Positions 18,019 to 27,938 of a DNA stretch of 64,000 nt are shown in pieces. The notes under the pieces were generated by a model. That model had not been told where the DNA came from, ran no database searches, and was given only the letters and a program-made list of their open reading frames with translations. Location of the stretch: sequence record PV683292.1. One strand, written 5' to 3'. This stretch comes from Klebsiella phage HMGUkp2. Every line of letters begins with the position of its first letter. Position 1 is the first letter of the stretch. The position numbers were made by a program, and so were the translations under genes.

Positions 18019-18076
18019 GTTTACAACGGTTTAGGAACGTGTTAGTATATCCTTACACGAACATGTGGAGAGCAAT
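18019..18076 (+). promoter_or_regulatory. early promoter-stem-loop cassette g
   Basis: GGGGACCTTTTGGTCCCC hairpin + GTTTACA ... GTTAGTATA; duplicate of cassette a. Confidence 0.55.
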
Positions 18077-18132
18077 ATGATTAATACATTCCATAAGTAC
18101 GGTGAAATGAATATTGCTAAAGAAATCGCTGA

Positions 18133-18318
18133 GTGGGTGCTCTAATGAATATGGTAAATTCCTCTGTAAAAGCAGAACTAATTAAAGCTATCTTCGAGCT
18201 TAAAGAAGCTTCCGTTCTGTTTGGCGCTGCAGTTACTCCTACGTTTCCTGCTTTAGAGCATAAGGCTCGTATGGAAAAACTTCAGAAACGTGTTAACGAA
18301 ATTGTAGAACGGCTATGA
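18133..18318 (+). CDS. hypothetical protein
   Basis: 61 aa. Confidence 0.35.
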   Translation: MGALMNMVNSSVKAELIKAIFELKEASVLFGAAVTPTFPALEHKARMEKLQKRVNEIVERL

Positions 18319-18358
18319 CCGAAGAACAAAAACTTTTCGATTATCTTAAGGAGCTGTA

Positions 18359-18616
18359 ATGGCTGTTGGGTTTGCTAAAGACGGCGCTGAACAAGACGAA
18401 ATTGCTGCTGTTGTACAGGCTGCAGTAGTTCACGCTCGCTCCCAGTTCAATACTGAACGTGAATCGCTTTATCGGTGTTTTGAGTGCGAAGAGCCTATTC
18501 CTGAAGCGCGTCGCCAAGCGATTAAAGGTGTGATATACTGTATCCGTTGTCAAGAGATGAACGATGAAATTTTTAAACGTGAGCCACGCAACTGCTGGCA
18601 CAGGAGCATGAGATGA
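18359..18616 (+). CDS. DksA/TraR-type C4 zinc-finger protein
   Basis: CFECEEPIPEARRQAIKGVIYCIRCQ. Confidence 0.5.
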   Translation: MAVGFAKDGAEQDEIAAVVQAAVVHARSQFNTERESLYRCFECEEPIPEARRQAIKGVIYCIRCQEMNDEIFKREPRNCWHRSMR

Positions 18617-18891
18617 GTATTGGTAAACTTGAAGTTGGTGATTTGATTTTAACTCGCACTTACACTGGCGGTGAATCTGTAGAAATCTGTCAATACCGTG
18701 GTGCTACAGGAAGTTTAATGTACATGGTATATCACCCTGAAGCTATCTTGAAATATCATCAAGAACGATTTGTTAAAGATACTGATAGCCAACCGGCTAG
18801 TGTTCGCATCGTTCGCAAAAGTAATGCCGCCGCATGGGCCGAAGTAATGATGCGTACAGCAGAGAATTTACAAACAGATAATATGGTATAG
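18613..18891 (+). CDS. hypothetical protein
   Basis: 92 aa, ATGA coupling. Confidence 0.45.
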   Translation: MSIGKLEVGDLILTRTYTGGESVEICQYRGATGSLMYMVYHPEAILKYHQERFVKDTDSQPASVRIVRKSNAAAWAEVMMRTAENLQTDNMV

Positions 18892-18922
18892 TATTCTTAC
18901 ACAAACAAACGAGGAAAACAAA

Positions 18923-19174
18923 ATGGGTTTATTAAAGTGGCAGTACCCGTCATCATCTTCAGCAGCTAAAATTGAATCTGATTTTCCAGGCGAAGCTGAC
19001 ACAGAGCTGTCGGTATTTCCTACTTCTAATTTTTCAGAGATTCAGTGCGACGTTGTTCATGTGAAGCAGTATGATGAAAAAGAAGATGAACTTAATTGGG
19101 TCACCTTTACTAAAGCTGAAGCGCAGGCCCTTGTTGCTTATCTGAACTCCGTTATTCCAACTATGGACAAATAA
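18923..19174 (+). CDS. hypothetical protein
   Basis: 83 aa, GAGGAAAACAAAATG. Confidence 0.45.
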   Translation: MGLLKWQYPSSSSAAKIESDFPGEADTELSVFPTSNFSEIQCDVVHVKQYDEKEDELNWVTFTKAEAQALVAYLNSVIPTMDK

Positions 19175-19176
19175 AA

Positions 19177-19611
19177 ATGATTATCAAACGCGACTCTTGG
19201 CACTGCAAAATGGTCACTTATCTGCTAGATTCTCCTAAGCGAGACCTTTGCGGCTATGTTAGACAAGTCCTCTGGCTTCTTCTAGTGTTTATTGCTTTAG
19301 CTGCATGCTTACTTCTATGGTTCGGTTCTACAGGTGTAAGTATTTTCGCTGCACTCGGTATTAGCTCGGCTGGCTTTATGCTTCTGCCGGCAACATTAAC
19401 CGGCCTGATGGCGATTGTGATAATTCTTGGACTTATCGGTAGTCCTGTTTATTGTATCTGGTATCTTTACGAAAAGCGTAGATCCCGTAAAGAAGCCGAA
19501 GAATATGAAGCCCGTGCAAACGGTACATATGTTAAACCTAAGCCGGGTTTTATTAAGACTGCATATAAATCATTTAAAGACAAAACTTGTCATTTTATCG
19601 AGTTCAAATGA
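19177..19611 (+). CDS. membrane protein
   Basis: 144 aa, three hydrophobic helices. Confidence 0.45.
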   Translation: MIIKRDSWHCKMVTYLLDSPKRDLCGYVRQVLWLLLVFIALAACLLLWFGSTGVSIFAALGISSAGFMLLPATLTGLMAIVIILGLIGSPVYCIWYLYEKRRSRKEAEEYEARANGTYVKPKPGFIKTAYKSFKDKTCHFIEFK

Positions 19612-19841
19612 AAAACGATCAAACTTATGTAGTAAACGGCCGAGAGGCCGTTTTTAACGCCTCTGTAGTTAAAACCGCCATGTTCTATTTTCCTGCTGCT
19701 GTATTTGTCTTTAAAGATACCGGCGAAGTGCTTAAAGTAATCTATAATACTATCTCTTCCGAGCAGTATGTTGAAAACGATAAGCCATTCGATTTAGACA
19801 TTTATTTCGACGGCCAATGGCATCAAGGTAAACGAGGTTAA
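19608..19841 (+). CDS. hypothetical protein
   Basis: ATGA overlap with upstream stop; 77 aa. Confidence 0.4.
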   Translation: MKNDQTYVVNGREAVFNASVVKTAMFYFPAAVFVFKDTGEVLKVIYNTISSEQYVENDKPFDLDIYFDGQWHQGKRG

Positions 19842-19842
19842 T

Positions 19843-20364
19843 ATGTTTATTAAACAGGTTAAATCTAAAGTCCAACTGAAAGATACTTTGGCCCGCCAGG
19901 ATTCTCTTGAGATTCTTACTGAAGACGGCTATAAAATCGAATGTAATGTTGACTTTATCTCTTTTAACAGTCACGGGACTTATAATATTTTCCTGGCTGA
20001 ATCAGGTGCTCGGTATCTAGTTAAAGGAAGTAATACTGGATACTGCGAAATTGCGATCTTTACTGAATATAAAGTATCTTGTCATCGTGTTAAATGTATG
20101 CATCGGACGGCTCGTAACTTCCGTGAAGAAGTCAGTCCTAAAGACCTTAGCTATAATCGCGCGGGTGAACAATACACCTGGGTCCCAGTTGAAGTGGGTG
20201 ATTCATTCGTTAAATCCGGCGGCACGTTTGAAATCTTAGCTATTAGTTCTAATGGCCAAACGATGTTTGCAAGCACCCCGGATGGCGGTGGTCTGCAGAT
20301 TAACTTTAGTGACAAGTGCATGATTGAAAAATTCCATGGTCTTCGTTGGGGTACACCAGATTGA
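19843..20364 (+). CDS. hypothetical protein
   Basis: 173 aa. Confidence 0.45.
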   Translation: MFIKQVKSKVQLKDTLARQDSLEILTEDGYKIECNVDFISFNSHGTYNIFLAESGARYLVKGSNTGYCEIAIFTEYKVSCHRVKCMHRTARNFREEVSPKDLSYNRAGEQYTWVPVEVGDSFVKSGGTFEILAISSNGQTMFASTPDGGGLQINFSDKCMIEKFHGLRWGTPD

Positions 20365-21371
20365 AAACAGTTGTAAAAGCTTATTTCGGGTCTCATCTTT
20401 ATGGGACCTCTACTCCGGAAAGTGATGTAGATTTCAAAGAAATCTTCGTTCCGCATCCTCGTGATATTCTAATGGGACGAGCGCCGAATCACTTTAACAT
20501 GAACACTAACAACACGGCTACTAAGAACACTCATGATGATGTTGACCATGAGCTTTATAGCCTGAAATACTTCTTTGAACTGGCTCAGTCTGGTGAAACC
20601 GTAGCACTTGATATGCTGCACACCCCACCAGATCTGGTTGTTAAATCTGATTTGCCTGATGTCTGGAAATTCATCCAAGAGAACCGCTCTCGGTTCTATA
20701 CTACAGACATGAAGTCATATTTAGGGTACGTCCGTAAGCAAGCCGCTAAGTATGGTGTAAAGGGTTCTCGATTAGCTGAACTGAAACGCGTACTAGAAGT
20801 TCTGAACCAATACCCAGAATGGAAATACGCCGATCGGCCTAAAGATAAAGCCCATAACCAACGCTGGAAATTAGGCGAAATTGAACACCTTCTGCCTACA
20901 TCAGAATTCTTGTTCTGGAAAGATGTCGTTGACTCTAAAATGGGCATTCAGCGTTTCTATAACGTTCTAGGCCGTAAGTTCCAAGATACGATAACTATTG
21001 CTGAAATCAAGTACAGTCTGACTAAGCTTGAGGCAGAATATGGTGAACGGGCCCGTAAGGCAGAAGCTAACGAGGGTGTTGACTGGAAAGCTTTGAGCCA
21101 CGCATATCGTGCAGGTGTTCAGCTACGTGAAATTTACCACACTGGTGATTTGGTGTTCCCATTATCATCAGCAGATTTGATTAAAGAAATCAAAGCTGGT
21201 AAGTTGCCGTTCAAATACGTTCAAGAACTACTGGAAGACACTGTTGACCAGGTTGAACGCTTAGCAGCACTTGCTCATAAGAACGGAATGCGTGATAAAG
21301 TGGACATGACTTTCTGGAACGACTTCGTCGAGAAAGTTTATCTTGAAAACCACCGGGCTTATTATCGGTAG
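20346..21371 (+). CDS. Pol-beta-superfamily nucleotidyltransferase-domain protein
   Basis: N-terminal GSHLYGTSTPESDVDF = GS-x9-DxD minimal NTase signature; 341 aa; alternative TTG start 20361. Confidence 0.5.
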   Translation: MGYTRLKTVVKAYFGSHLYGTSTPESDVDFKEIFVPHPRDILMGRAPNHFNMNTNNTATKNTHDDVDHELYSLKYFFELAQSGETVALDMLHTPPDLVVKSDLPDVWKFIQENRSRFYTTDMKSYLGYVRKQAAKYGVKGSRLAELKRVLEVLNQYPEWKYADRPKDKAHNQRWKLGEIEHLLPTSEFLFWKDVVDSKMGIQRFYNVLGRKFQDTITIAEIKYSLTKLEAEYGERARKAEANEGVDWKALSHAYRAGVQLREIYHTGDLVFPLSSADLIKEIKAGKLPFKYVQELLEDTVDQVERLAALAHKNGMRDKVDMTFWNDFVEKVYLENHRAYYR

Positions 21372-21427
21372 TTTACAGTGTTTTAACGTGTGGTAGTATA
21401 GACTTCTACCACACAAGAGGAAATATT
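21371..21427 (+). promoter_or_regulatory. early promoter-stem-loop cassette h
   Basis: TAGTTTACA ... inverted repeat GTGTGGTAG TATAGACTT CTACCACAC. Confidence 0.6.
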
Positions 21428-21688
21428 ATGAGCTTATTTTGGATTGCTATGCCTATTGTGATTGTTGTTGTATACCTTGTAATTGGGTCTATCATCGCTA
21501 ATAAGATGGTTGCTACTAACTACATCGAATCTTCTTTAGGGTGGTGGACATACGTTCTGTTCTGGCTTCCTATTGTTATCTGGTCTGGCTTCTACCACGC
21601 TATCGGGTGGCTAATTTCTATTCCGATTAATTTGGCTGAACACCAAATCAAAAAGCATCTACCGAAAGGTCCTCGACCTTTCAAATAA
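21428..21688 (+). CDS. small membrane protein
   Basis: 86 aa, two TM helices. Confidence 0.45.
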   Translation: MSLFWIAMPIVIVVVYLVIGSIIANKMVATNYIESSLGWWTYVLFWLPIVIWSGFYHAIGWLISIPINLAEHQIKKHLPKGPRPFK

Positions 21689-21692
21689 AATT

Positions 21693-21718
21693 AAGGCTCC
21701 TTCGGGAGCCTTTTTTCG
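21693..21718 (+). terminator. intrinsic terminator
   Basis: GGCTCCTTCGGGAGCC followed by TTTTTT. Confidence 0.75.
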
Positions 21719-21724
21719 TTTAGG

Positions 21725-21783
21725 TGTTTACATTCTCGTAGGTCATGATACTATAGAGGATCTACGTAAACAAAGAGGTGAAT
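21725..21783 (+). promoter_or_regulatory. early promoter-stem-loop cassette i
   Basis: GTTTACATTCTCGTAGGTCATGATACTATAGAGGATCTACG. Confidence 0.55.
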
Positions 21784-21936
21784 ATGAAAGCTATTATATG
21801 GTGCTTTGGCCTTAATAAGATAGTAGGTGAGCTCCAGGATCAACGTGAGGTAGATGGTGTAATGTATTACACTTTTCTTGAAAAAGCCACAGGGCGTTGC
21901 TACACACTCCAGGAATCAGACTTTACCGTTATGTGA
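21784..21936 (+). CDS. small hypothetical protein (50 aa)
   Basis: ATG after AGAGG RBS directly downstream of cassette i. Confidence 0.35.
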   Translation: MKAIIWCFGLNKIVGELQDQREVDGVMYYTFLEKATGRCYTLQESDFTVM

Positions 21937-21943
21937 GGAACCT

Positions 21944-22402
21944 ATGAAATTATACGTATATGAAATAAAATTCAAACGTTTCGTTGATGGTGTATGGGAC
22001 GGTAAGTTCCGTAAAGTTTCTATCAGCGCTGAAAACGAATACCAAGCTGTGTTCCAGCACGGCCAGACCAACGGTGTATCTTTCCCAGAACAGAATGTTG
22101 AAGATGTTATCGTGATGGTCTCAGGCGGTCAGCATTCTTACTTTGAAGTAGGCCACACCTACGAAACTCTCGAAGGTAAGAAAGTTAAAATCGTTGAGTT
22201 CAAAGACCTTGACGTTAAAGAAAAGCGTACTGGCTATGAAACTGTGATGGACGAAAATGGCCACCATAGATATTCTCGTCGAGACCGTGGTCGTTGTACA
22301 GGCTCTAAGACATCGGATCCTGGAAATATTCAGCTCGGTGTATTCTGGCTCCGTATGGACATTGACGACCCTTATTGCTACATCATGGAAAGGAAATCAT
22401 AA
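21944..22402 (+). CDS. hypothetical protein
   Basis: ATG 21944 after GAGGAA; 152 aa. Confidence 0.45.
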   Translation: MKLYVYEIKFKRFVDGVWDGKFRKVSISAENEYQAVFQHGQTNGVSFPEQNVEDVIVMVSGGQHSYFEVGHTYETLEGKKVKIVEFKDLDVKEKRTGYETVMDENGHHRYSRRDRGRCTGSKTSDPGNIQLGVFWLRMDIDDPYCYIMERKS

Positions 22403-22578
22403 TGGGCGCTTTACTGTTTTTGATGCTTTGGATGTCTGTAGGTTTTTGTATCAACCATAAGACCGATTGGGCTATGCCAGGGCGTAACGACCAGAAAGTA
22501 AGAAATTTCTTTTTGGCGTTAAACATGTTCACCTGGCCTTTATGGCTTATCTGGTACTTAGCAGTGGAGTTCTACTAA
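22402..22578 (+). CDS. small membrane protein
   Basis: 58 aa; ATGA coupling. Confidence 0.4.
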   Translation: MGALLFLMLWMSVGFCINHKTDWAMPGRNDQKVRNFFLALNMFTWPLWLIWYLAVEFY

Positions 22579-22895
22579 TGAGCTGTGTAAGAAAATACCT
22601 TAAAATCCGAGATGCTTTTGCATCTGATATGATTGCAGCTGCAATCAAGTATGCACAGGCGGTAAACCTGGCTTACCGTTATGTAGGGATGTTCCCTAGC
22701 GGTGCAGCGGGCTTCAAAAAGCGAAGCATCTTGAAATCTAAAGCAATTCATCTGATTGTTATGGACCACGACCAACTTCAGGCCGCTAAGGACTTTAAAG
22801 AAGCTTTATCTCAGCTGGATGCAGAGATTAAAGCCAAGATGAACGAAAAACAGCTTAACGCGCACAAATCCGTTTGGTTCACCGGAGACCGCTGA
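22578..22895 (+). CDS. hypothetical protein
   Basis: 105 aa; TAATG coupling. Confidence 0.4.
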   Translation: MSCVRKYLKIRDAFASDMIAAAIKYAQAVNLAYRYVGMFPSGAAGFKKRSILKSKAIHLIVMDHDQLQAAKDFKEALSQLDAEIKAKMNEKQLNAHKSVWFTGDR

Positions 22896-23088
22896 TGTTT
22901 ACTCCTCTAGGTTTAGCTTTAGCGAGTCTGTTCTTGGTTGTGTGGATGGCCGCCGGTTGTGTAATAGCAATAATGACGTCTGGCTGGGTCAAAGGTGTCG
23001 GACTGCGGTAGAGCGTCTACCGAAGAATATTTTGATTGTCCTGTTTTGGCCTCTTTGGTGCTGGTATATCTTAACGGTGATGTAAATT

Positions 23089-23274
23089 ATGGAACTAATT
23101 TTAAGTTTGTGTGCAGCTGTTGTACTATGTTCGGTGTACTTATGGTATGGGTTTAATTTATATACTAAAATCTGGTGGGCCTATGGTAAGCAAAGCCAAC
23201 TTAAGTCAATTTTAACCTTTATTAGTGTTGTCTTAGGCTGGCCACTAATTTTCTTAAAGTGTCTAACAAAGTAG
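23089..23274 (+). CDS. small membrane protein
   Basis: 61 aa. Confidence 0.35.
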   Translation: MELILSLCAAVVLCSVYLWYGFNLYTKIWWAYGKQSQLKSILTFISVVLGWPLIFLKCLTK

Positions 23275-23331
23275 TTTACAACGGTGTAGGATGGTGATAC
23301 TATCATCTTACACCAACACGGAGATGCAAAA
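23274..23331 (+). promoter_or_regulatory. early promoter-stem-loop cassette j
   Basis: TAGTTTACAACGGTGTAGGATGGTGATACTATCATCTTACAC. Confidence 0.55.
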
Positions 23332-24105
23332 ATGTTAAACGAAATCGTAATGAACATTATTGAAGAAAATCGTAAAGCCCGCCAAGCACACCGAGCGAAA
23401 GTTGAAAAACGCGCCGAGGAGTTGAATGCTGGTTGGTGCAAGTCCCGCTTCGGACGTGACGGATTCGATAAAGTCGTTGCACCTACTTGGGGAGTTGATG
23501 ACCGCCCGCATGCGCCGTTCGATGGATACTTGTGGGAAAACGAACTAGGTGAAGTAGAAGCTTATCATGCCGGGAGTTATCTCCCGTATGTAACTGAATT
23601 TGATAACATGGATAAACCTGAGTACACAGGTGACCATGGGTGGTGGAAGCTTCGTTTAACACAAGAGATGTATGACGAGATCTTCGGGATCTACGGTATT
23701 CAGTTCCAGACTCCTTATAAGCGTTGGACTATGGAACAGACTAATACCGAAGTTCTAATGGTTAAAGTACGAGCCCACCAGGACATCCTGAAAGCGATCC
23801 AGGCATACTCCAATGAATGGTTTAATAACCTATTCGAGAGTATGAAACAGGACAAAGGCGAAGCTCCTGTGGGCAAACAGGTAGTAAAAGGACGTGTTGT
23901 ATCTGTTAAGACCTTCGAAGATTACTACGGTATTGTTTCTAAGATGACTGTAGTGTTAGAAAACAAATCTACTGTCTACGGAACACTACCAAAATGTGTA
24001 CCTATGGACCATCGTGGTGAAATCGAATTCAGTGCTACATTCGAACAGGCCCGTGATGATAAAACTCACGCATTCTTCAAACGACCTACTAAGGTGAAAA
24101 TCTGA
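23332..24105 (+). CDS. hypothetical protein (257 aa)
   Basis: long ORF, no motif recognised. Confidence 0.5.
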   Translation: MLNEIVMNIIEENRKARQAHRAKVEKRAEELNAGWCKSRFGRDGFDKVVAPTWGVDDRPHAPFDGYLWENELGEVEAYHAGSYLPYVTEFDNMDKPEYTGDHGWWKLRLTQEMYDEIFGIYGIQFQTPYKRWTMEQTNTEVLMVKVRAHQDILKAIQAYSNEWFNNLFESMKQDKGEAPVGKQVVKGRVVSVKTFEDYYGIVSKMTVVLENKSTVYGTLPKCVPMDHRGEIEFSATFEQARDDKTHAFFKRPTKVKI

Positions 24106-24338
24106 TGGAAATAGTAGTATGGGTTCTGGTAGCCTTCATTGGCTACCTTGTTATCGGTAATATTGTTGCCTGCTGCATGAAGTTACGCGGTCATATAATG
24201 ACCGATACAGAGCATGATTTCAAGATAGTGATAGCCCTTTGGCCTGCTCCTGTTATTCTAGGTATTTTGGAATCACTCATTAAAATCGTAACATTCCCGT
24301 TCGGCGGCGTCTATCGTTTCATGGAGAAGCGCAAATGA
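24105..24338 (+). CDS. small membrane protein
   Basis: 77 aa. Confidence 0.4.
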   Translation: MEIVVWVLVAFIGYLVIGNIVACCMKLRGHIMTDTEHDFKIVIALWPAPVILGILESLIKIVTFPFGGVYRFMEKRK

Positions 24339-24769
24339 TTATTTTATCTAACTGGATCGAAACCACTGCTTTGTACCCTCCGGCATACATCTACGCAGGA
24401 ATGCCTAAAGGAAAGCAAGAGAAGCAGGCAGAGGCCATTTGTGAAGATCTGTATAAGTTTAATTGGGGTAAAGATAAAAACGTCCTGGGTGACCTCAGGG
24501 AGCTCTGGCGCCATACTAGTGTTTTATGTTCTACTAACTATGACGGCTCTGTTAAACGAGAAGTAATTGAAAAATACTTTGATGATTTACAAGCGGCTCT
24601 TATCGAAGCCAATAACAAGCTTCAGTCAGTATTCAAGAAGCACCAAGATCTGAACAAGTGGTACAATGATCACCTGAAAGTATCAAATACACAGCTTAAA
24701 GAGGCCGTGTACAGTTACAAGCAGGCCCAGCTTCGTAATATCGATAACGGACTTTTTGCTTTAAAATAA
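24335..24769 (+). CDS. hypothetical protein
   Basis: 144 aa. Confidence 0.45.
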   Translation: MIILSNWIETTALYPPAYIYAGMPKGKQEKQAEAICEDLYKFNWGKDKNVLGDLRELWRHTSVLCSTNYDGSVKREVIEKYFDDLQAALIEANNKLQSVFKKHQDLNKWYNDHLKVSNTQLKEAVYSYKQAQLRNIDNGLFALK

Positions 24770-24780
24770 AGGTTGGTATA

Positions 24781-25053
24781 ATGGTTTCATGGATGTTTCC
24801 ATTACACTCTATACTCGGTGAAAAAAGAATGGAAATTTTAATTGGTTTACTTTGTGTATTCGGTTATGTTATGATAGGAATCCTGATGACGAAGCTGTTC
24901 ATTGTTACGTCAGGCTGGACTGGTATCTATGATGATATCACTGAAGACACTGAGATAGCATGGATTGTAACATTCTGGCCTATCTTTTCTGTGTTCTGGG
25001 TAGTAGCTATTGCAGGACTGCCGCTGTTAGCTTTAATTCGTAAAATATTCTGA
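24781..25053 (+). CDS. small membrane protein
   Basis: 90 aa; start uncertain. Confidence 0.35.
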   Translation: MVSWMFPLHSILGEKRMEILIGLLCVFGYVMIGILMTKLFIVTSGWTGIYDDITEDTEIAWIVTFWPIFSVFWVVAIAGLPLLALIRKIF

Positions 25054-25063
25054 GGAAAATAAT

Positions 25064-26011
25064 ATGACCCGTAACGAAGTTATTGAAAAAGCACACGAAA
25101 TCTTTATCAACACCCAGGCTGAAACGGTAGGATTCCCTAAAGCAAAACGTATCGAAGTCCTGACTAATCGCCTGAAGAATGAGTTTGGTGATTTTACTCA
25201 TCTGTTTAACTCATCTCAGAGCCGTAAGTGGCGCGCAGGCTTTAGTCACCATTATGACTTCAAAGAATTCTTCAAGCACTCTCGTATCCTATCTAATATC
25301 ATGGCTCGTAAACGCCTCGGTAATTTTGGCACTGTTTCAAGCACTCACCAGCGTTACGATCTGCGAGCAGCAGAATATCGTGGTGGTGAAGCAGTTATCA
25401 CTAACCAGGTTGATTACTTCATTGGCCAATTCAACTACGACCGTGACCTTATTCTGAAGCTTGCTTCTAAAACAATGCGTGATACAAATCGCCATCAACT
25501 GTTCGATCATCAGAAAACTGTTCAAGTGATTGCTAAGCGACCTTCTATGCTTGGCCTGACTAACTCAGTCTGTATTGATATTCGTATCAACAAAGACAAA
25601 GCACATAAAGATTTTCGTACTCTGTCTGTTGTTAAAGAGCAGGTTGCACAGGCTCTGTGTATTATTCCTGGCGTTTCTTCTTATGAATGGAAACCAGCTA
25701 ACGGGCATAGTGGCACTTTCTTAGTATTCCTGAAAGATACTAAGCCTGTTAAAGAGTTTGATGAAGAAATTCTAAACGGTAAAGTCTCAGCCTCAAAGTA
25801 TGTGGTAGATAAATCCTTTATTACTACCGTGGCTCAGCCTGAGCTAGTCCCGGCCGAACGGCACTTTGCTTCCCAGATGCTTGAAGTAGTATCCAAGCTC
25901 GATGATATGGTTAAAGAAGCAGAACAGAAGGTAGAAGAAGCTCGTAAGCATCTTACCAACATCACTACTCAGCGTGGTAAACTTCTGCGCGCAATTCAGG
26001 CACTTAAATGA
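25064..26011 (+). CDS. hypothetical protein (315 aa)
   Basis: long ORF with GAGGAAAATAATATG RBS. Confidence 0.5.
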   Translation: MTRNEVIEKAHEIFINTQAETVGFPKAKRIEVLTNRLKNEFGDFTHLFNSSQSRKWRAGFSHHYDFKEFFKHSRILSNIMARKRLGNFGTVSSTHQRYDLRAAEYRGGEAVITNQVDYFIGQFNYDRDLILKLASKTMRDTNRHQLFDHQKTVQVIAKRPSMLGLTNSVCIDIRINKDKAHKDFRTLSVVKEQVAQALCIIPGVSSYEWKPANGHSGTFLVFLKDTKPVKEFDEEILNGKVSASKYVVDKSFITTVAQPELVPAERHFASQMLEVVSKLDDMVKEAEQKVEEARKHLTNITTQRGKLLRAIQALK

Positions 26012-26232
26012 GAAATCAACTGAAAGCTGACCTCGTCACGGATGACGAGGATTTTGAAATCGACTGGGAAGCAGCACTAGAAATGGTAGACCGGCGCGAA
26101 GCTGCAGCAAAACAAGTTGTACCTTGTGAAAAATGTAGTAGTATGCAAGTACAATTAGTTGACTGGAGCTCTGATATTCTGAAAATGAAATGTCGGGCCT
26201 GCAAACATAAATTTGAGAGAACATTAAAATGA
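26008..26232 (+). CDS. zinc-ribbon protein
   Basis: CEKCSS...CRACKHKF. Confidence 0.4.
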   Translation: MRNQLKADLVTDDEDFEIDWEAALEMVDRREAAAKQVVPCEKCSSMQVQLVDWSSDILKMKCRACKHKFERTLK

Positions 26233-26735
26233 TTGGTATTAAATTAGACACCCATGCAGTACGCCAGTTGTTCCCGGAAGGAACAGAAGCATATTCTCAA
26301 CTACAGCAATCTGTTATTTCTAACATTGCTAAAGACCTTATCGTTAAGGACACCGGTAATAAGGTTCGTAAGCTGATTCAAGATGAAATCAATGCTTATG
26401 GGCTGGTTGTCCCTGACGTATCGTCGGCTGTTCAGAAAGAAGTAGAATCATGGTTCAGTCGTCGTGGTTATGGGGCTCCTTATGAAACCTCTAGCGTTCT
26501 TAAAGGCCGTCTTCGCGAAGCAGCCGACCTAGAAGCACGTAATGCTATTGACTCTATTATTAGCGATGTAATTAAGAATGCTACCGATAAAGCAATGAAA
26601 GATATCGAATACAAAATCGAATCCGCCACTCGTCGTATCGAGAAAATCATTGTTGACCGCGTTAATCAGAACTTTGCTTCAATCATCGATCAGGCTGTAG
26701 CAGAGAAAATCAAGAAAGCTTTCCCGGGGTTATAA
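26229..26735 (+). CDS. hypothetical protein
   Basis: 168 aa. Confidence 0.45.
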   Translation: MIGIKLDTHAVRQLFPEGTEAYSQLQQSVISNIAKDLIVKDTGNKVRKLIQDEINAYGLVVPDVSSAVQKEVESWFSRRGYGAPYETSSVLKGRLREAADLEARNAIDSIISDVIKNATDKAMKDIEYKIESATRRIEKIIVDRVNQNFASIIDQAVAEKIKKAFPGL

Positions 26736-27034
26736 TGGCTAAACGTAAAAAATACCTAGAAGAAGCCGAACGTGCTATTGTTCGGTTATTAATCGCTTAT
26801 TCTGAAGAGCATGACCAGATCCCTGATTTCAGCGTATTAAAATCTGCATTGACCAAGAGTTATAATAAAGTTCATTCAGATATCCATGATGAAATCCGTC
26901 GTACTCTGAAAATTAAAACGACTCCGATCCAATCATATTGGGACGCTATCGCTAGTCCTGCGTATAAAGATGCTTATAAAGAATTCATGATTCAAGTTAA
27001 GGAACAGAAAAGTGTACACAATATTCGGTTATGA
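26735..27034 (+). CDS. hypothetical protein
   Basis: 99 aa. Confidence 0.45.
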   Translation: MAKRKKYLEEAERAIVRLLIAYSEEHDQIPDFSVLKSALTKSYNKVHSDIHDEIRRTLKIKTTPIQSYWDAIASPAYKDAYKEFMIQVKEQKSVHNIRL

Positions 27035-27275
27035 TTCAACTATTCACCGCTGCCCGTATTGCGATAATGCAAAACGCTTCCTTACTGTAAAAAAAGAACA
27101 GTTTGAATTTATTAACGTGATGCCTGAAAAAGGCGTTTTTGATGACAACGTTATTGCTGACCTGCTTAAACGCCTTAATCGTGAGAGCAAAGTAGGACTG
27201 ACGATGCCTCAGATTTTTGCACCTGATGGCACACATATCGGTGGTTTTGACGAACTACGAGCAACTTATAAATGA
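27012..27275 (+). CDS. nrdC: thioredoxin/glutaredoxin NrdC
   Basis: 87 aa; CPYCDNAKRFLTVKKEQFEFINVMPEKGVFDD...GLTMPQIFAPDGTHIGGFDELR matches T4 NrdC. Confidence 0.85.
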   Translation: MYTIFGYDSTIHRCPYCDNAKRFLTVKKEQFEFINVMPEKGVFDDNVIADLLKRLNRESKVGLTMPQIFAPDGTHIGGFDELRATYK

Positions 27276-27439
27276 CTATCGCTTTCTTAATTCTTATTGC
27301 TTATCTTGTTATCGGTATTGGCTACGGTAAAACTCTAGTTGCTTTAGATGACGGCTCTGCTCAAGGCACGGTTTTCATCGCAGGCTTCTTGTTCTGGCCA
27401 ATTGCTTTAATCATCGCTTCTTTCTGGAACTTCAAATGA
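27272..27439 (+). CDS. small membrane protein (55 aa)
   Basis: ATGA overlap with nrdC stop; hydrophobic. Confidence 0.3.
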   Translation: MTIAFLILIAYLVIGIGYGKTLVALDDGSAQGTVFIAGFLFWPIALIIASFWNFK

Positions 27440-27624
27440 ATGATCAAGAATTTGCCGAATTCAAAGATACAGTAGATTTTCTTAACTGTGAACTGGAAAC
27501 CGACCATAAGGTCGGTACAGTGTTCTTCCATTGTCCTCAGTCTATTAAAGATGAAGCCAAACAATGGGGTTGGTCTGATACTGTAGTTCGTGAAGAACTT
27601 TGTGAATTTATGGAATCACTATGA
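27436..27624 (+). CDS. hypothetical protein
   Basis: 62 aa. Confidence 0.35.
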   Translation: MNDQEFAEFKDTVDFLNCELETDHKVGTVFFHCPQSIKDEAKQWGWSDTVVREELCEFMESL

Positions 27625-27938
27625 AAGATGAAATAATTGTTTTAAATGAAGCCAAAGGTGAAGAAGACCTTGAATGGATGCTTTATGAATTCATGGTCAA
27701 GCGCGCTAACGAATTCGGTATTGACTGGGCTGTCCAAAACGCGTACGGCGAAAATGAAGTTGTTATTAAAGGCGTAGCTTACACAGTTCAGTGGCAATAC
27801 GTAGGTCTTGAACCGGCCGACTATAAAGAAATCCGTAATAAAGAAACAGGTGAAGTAGACTACGATCCTGTTGGCCCTTGGTCATGGGATTACGGCGGTC
27901 CTGACTTCGAAGTTTCTAGCTATTGGCGTGATGAGTAA
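27621..27938 (+). CDS. hypothetical protein
   Basis: 105 aa. Confidence 0.45.
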   Translation: MKDEIIVLNEAKGEEDLEWMLYEFMVKRANEFGIDWAVQNAYGENEVVIKGVAYTVQWQYVGLEPADYKEIRNKETGEVDYDPVGPWSWDYGGPDFEVSSYWRDE

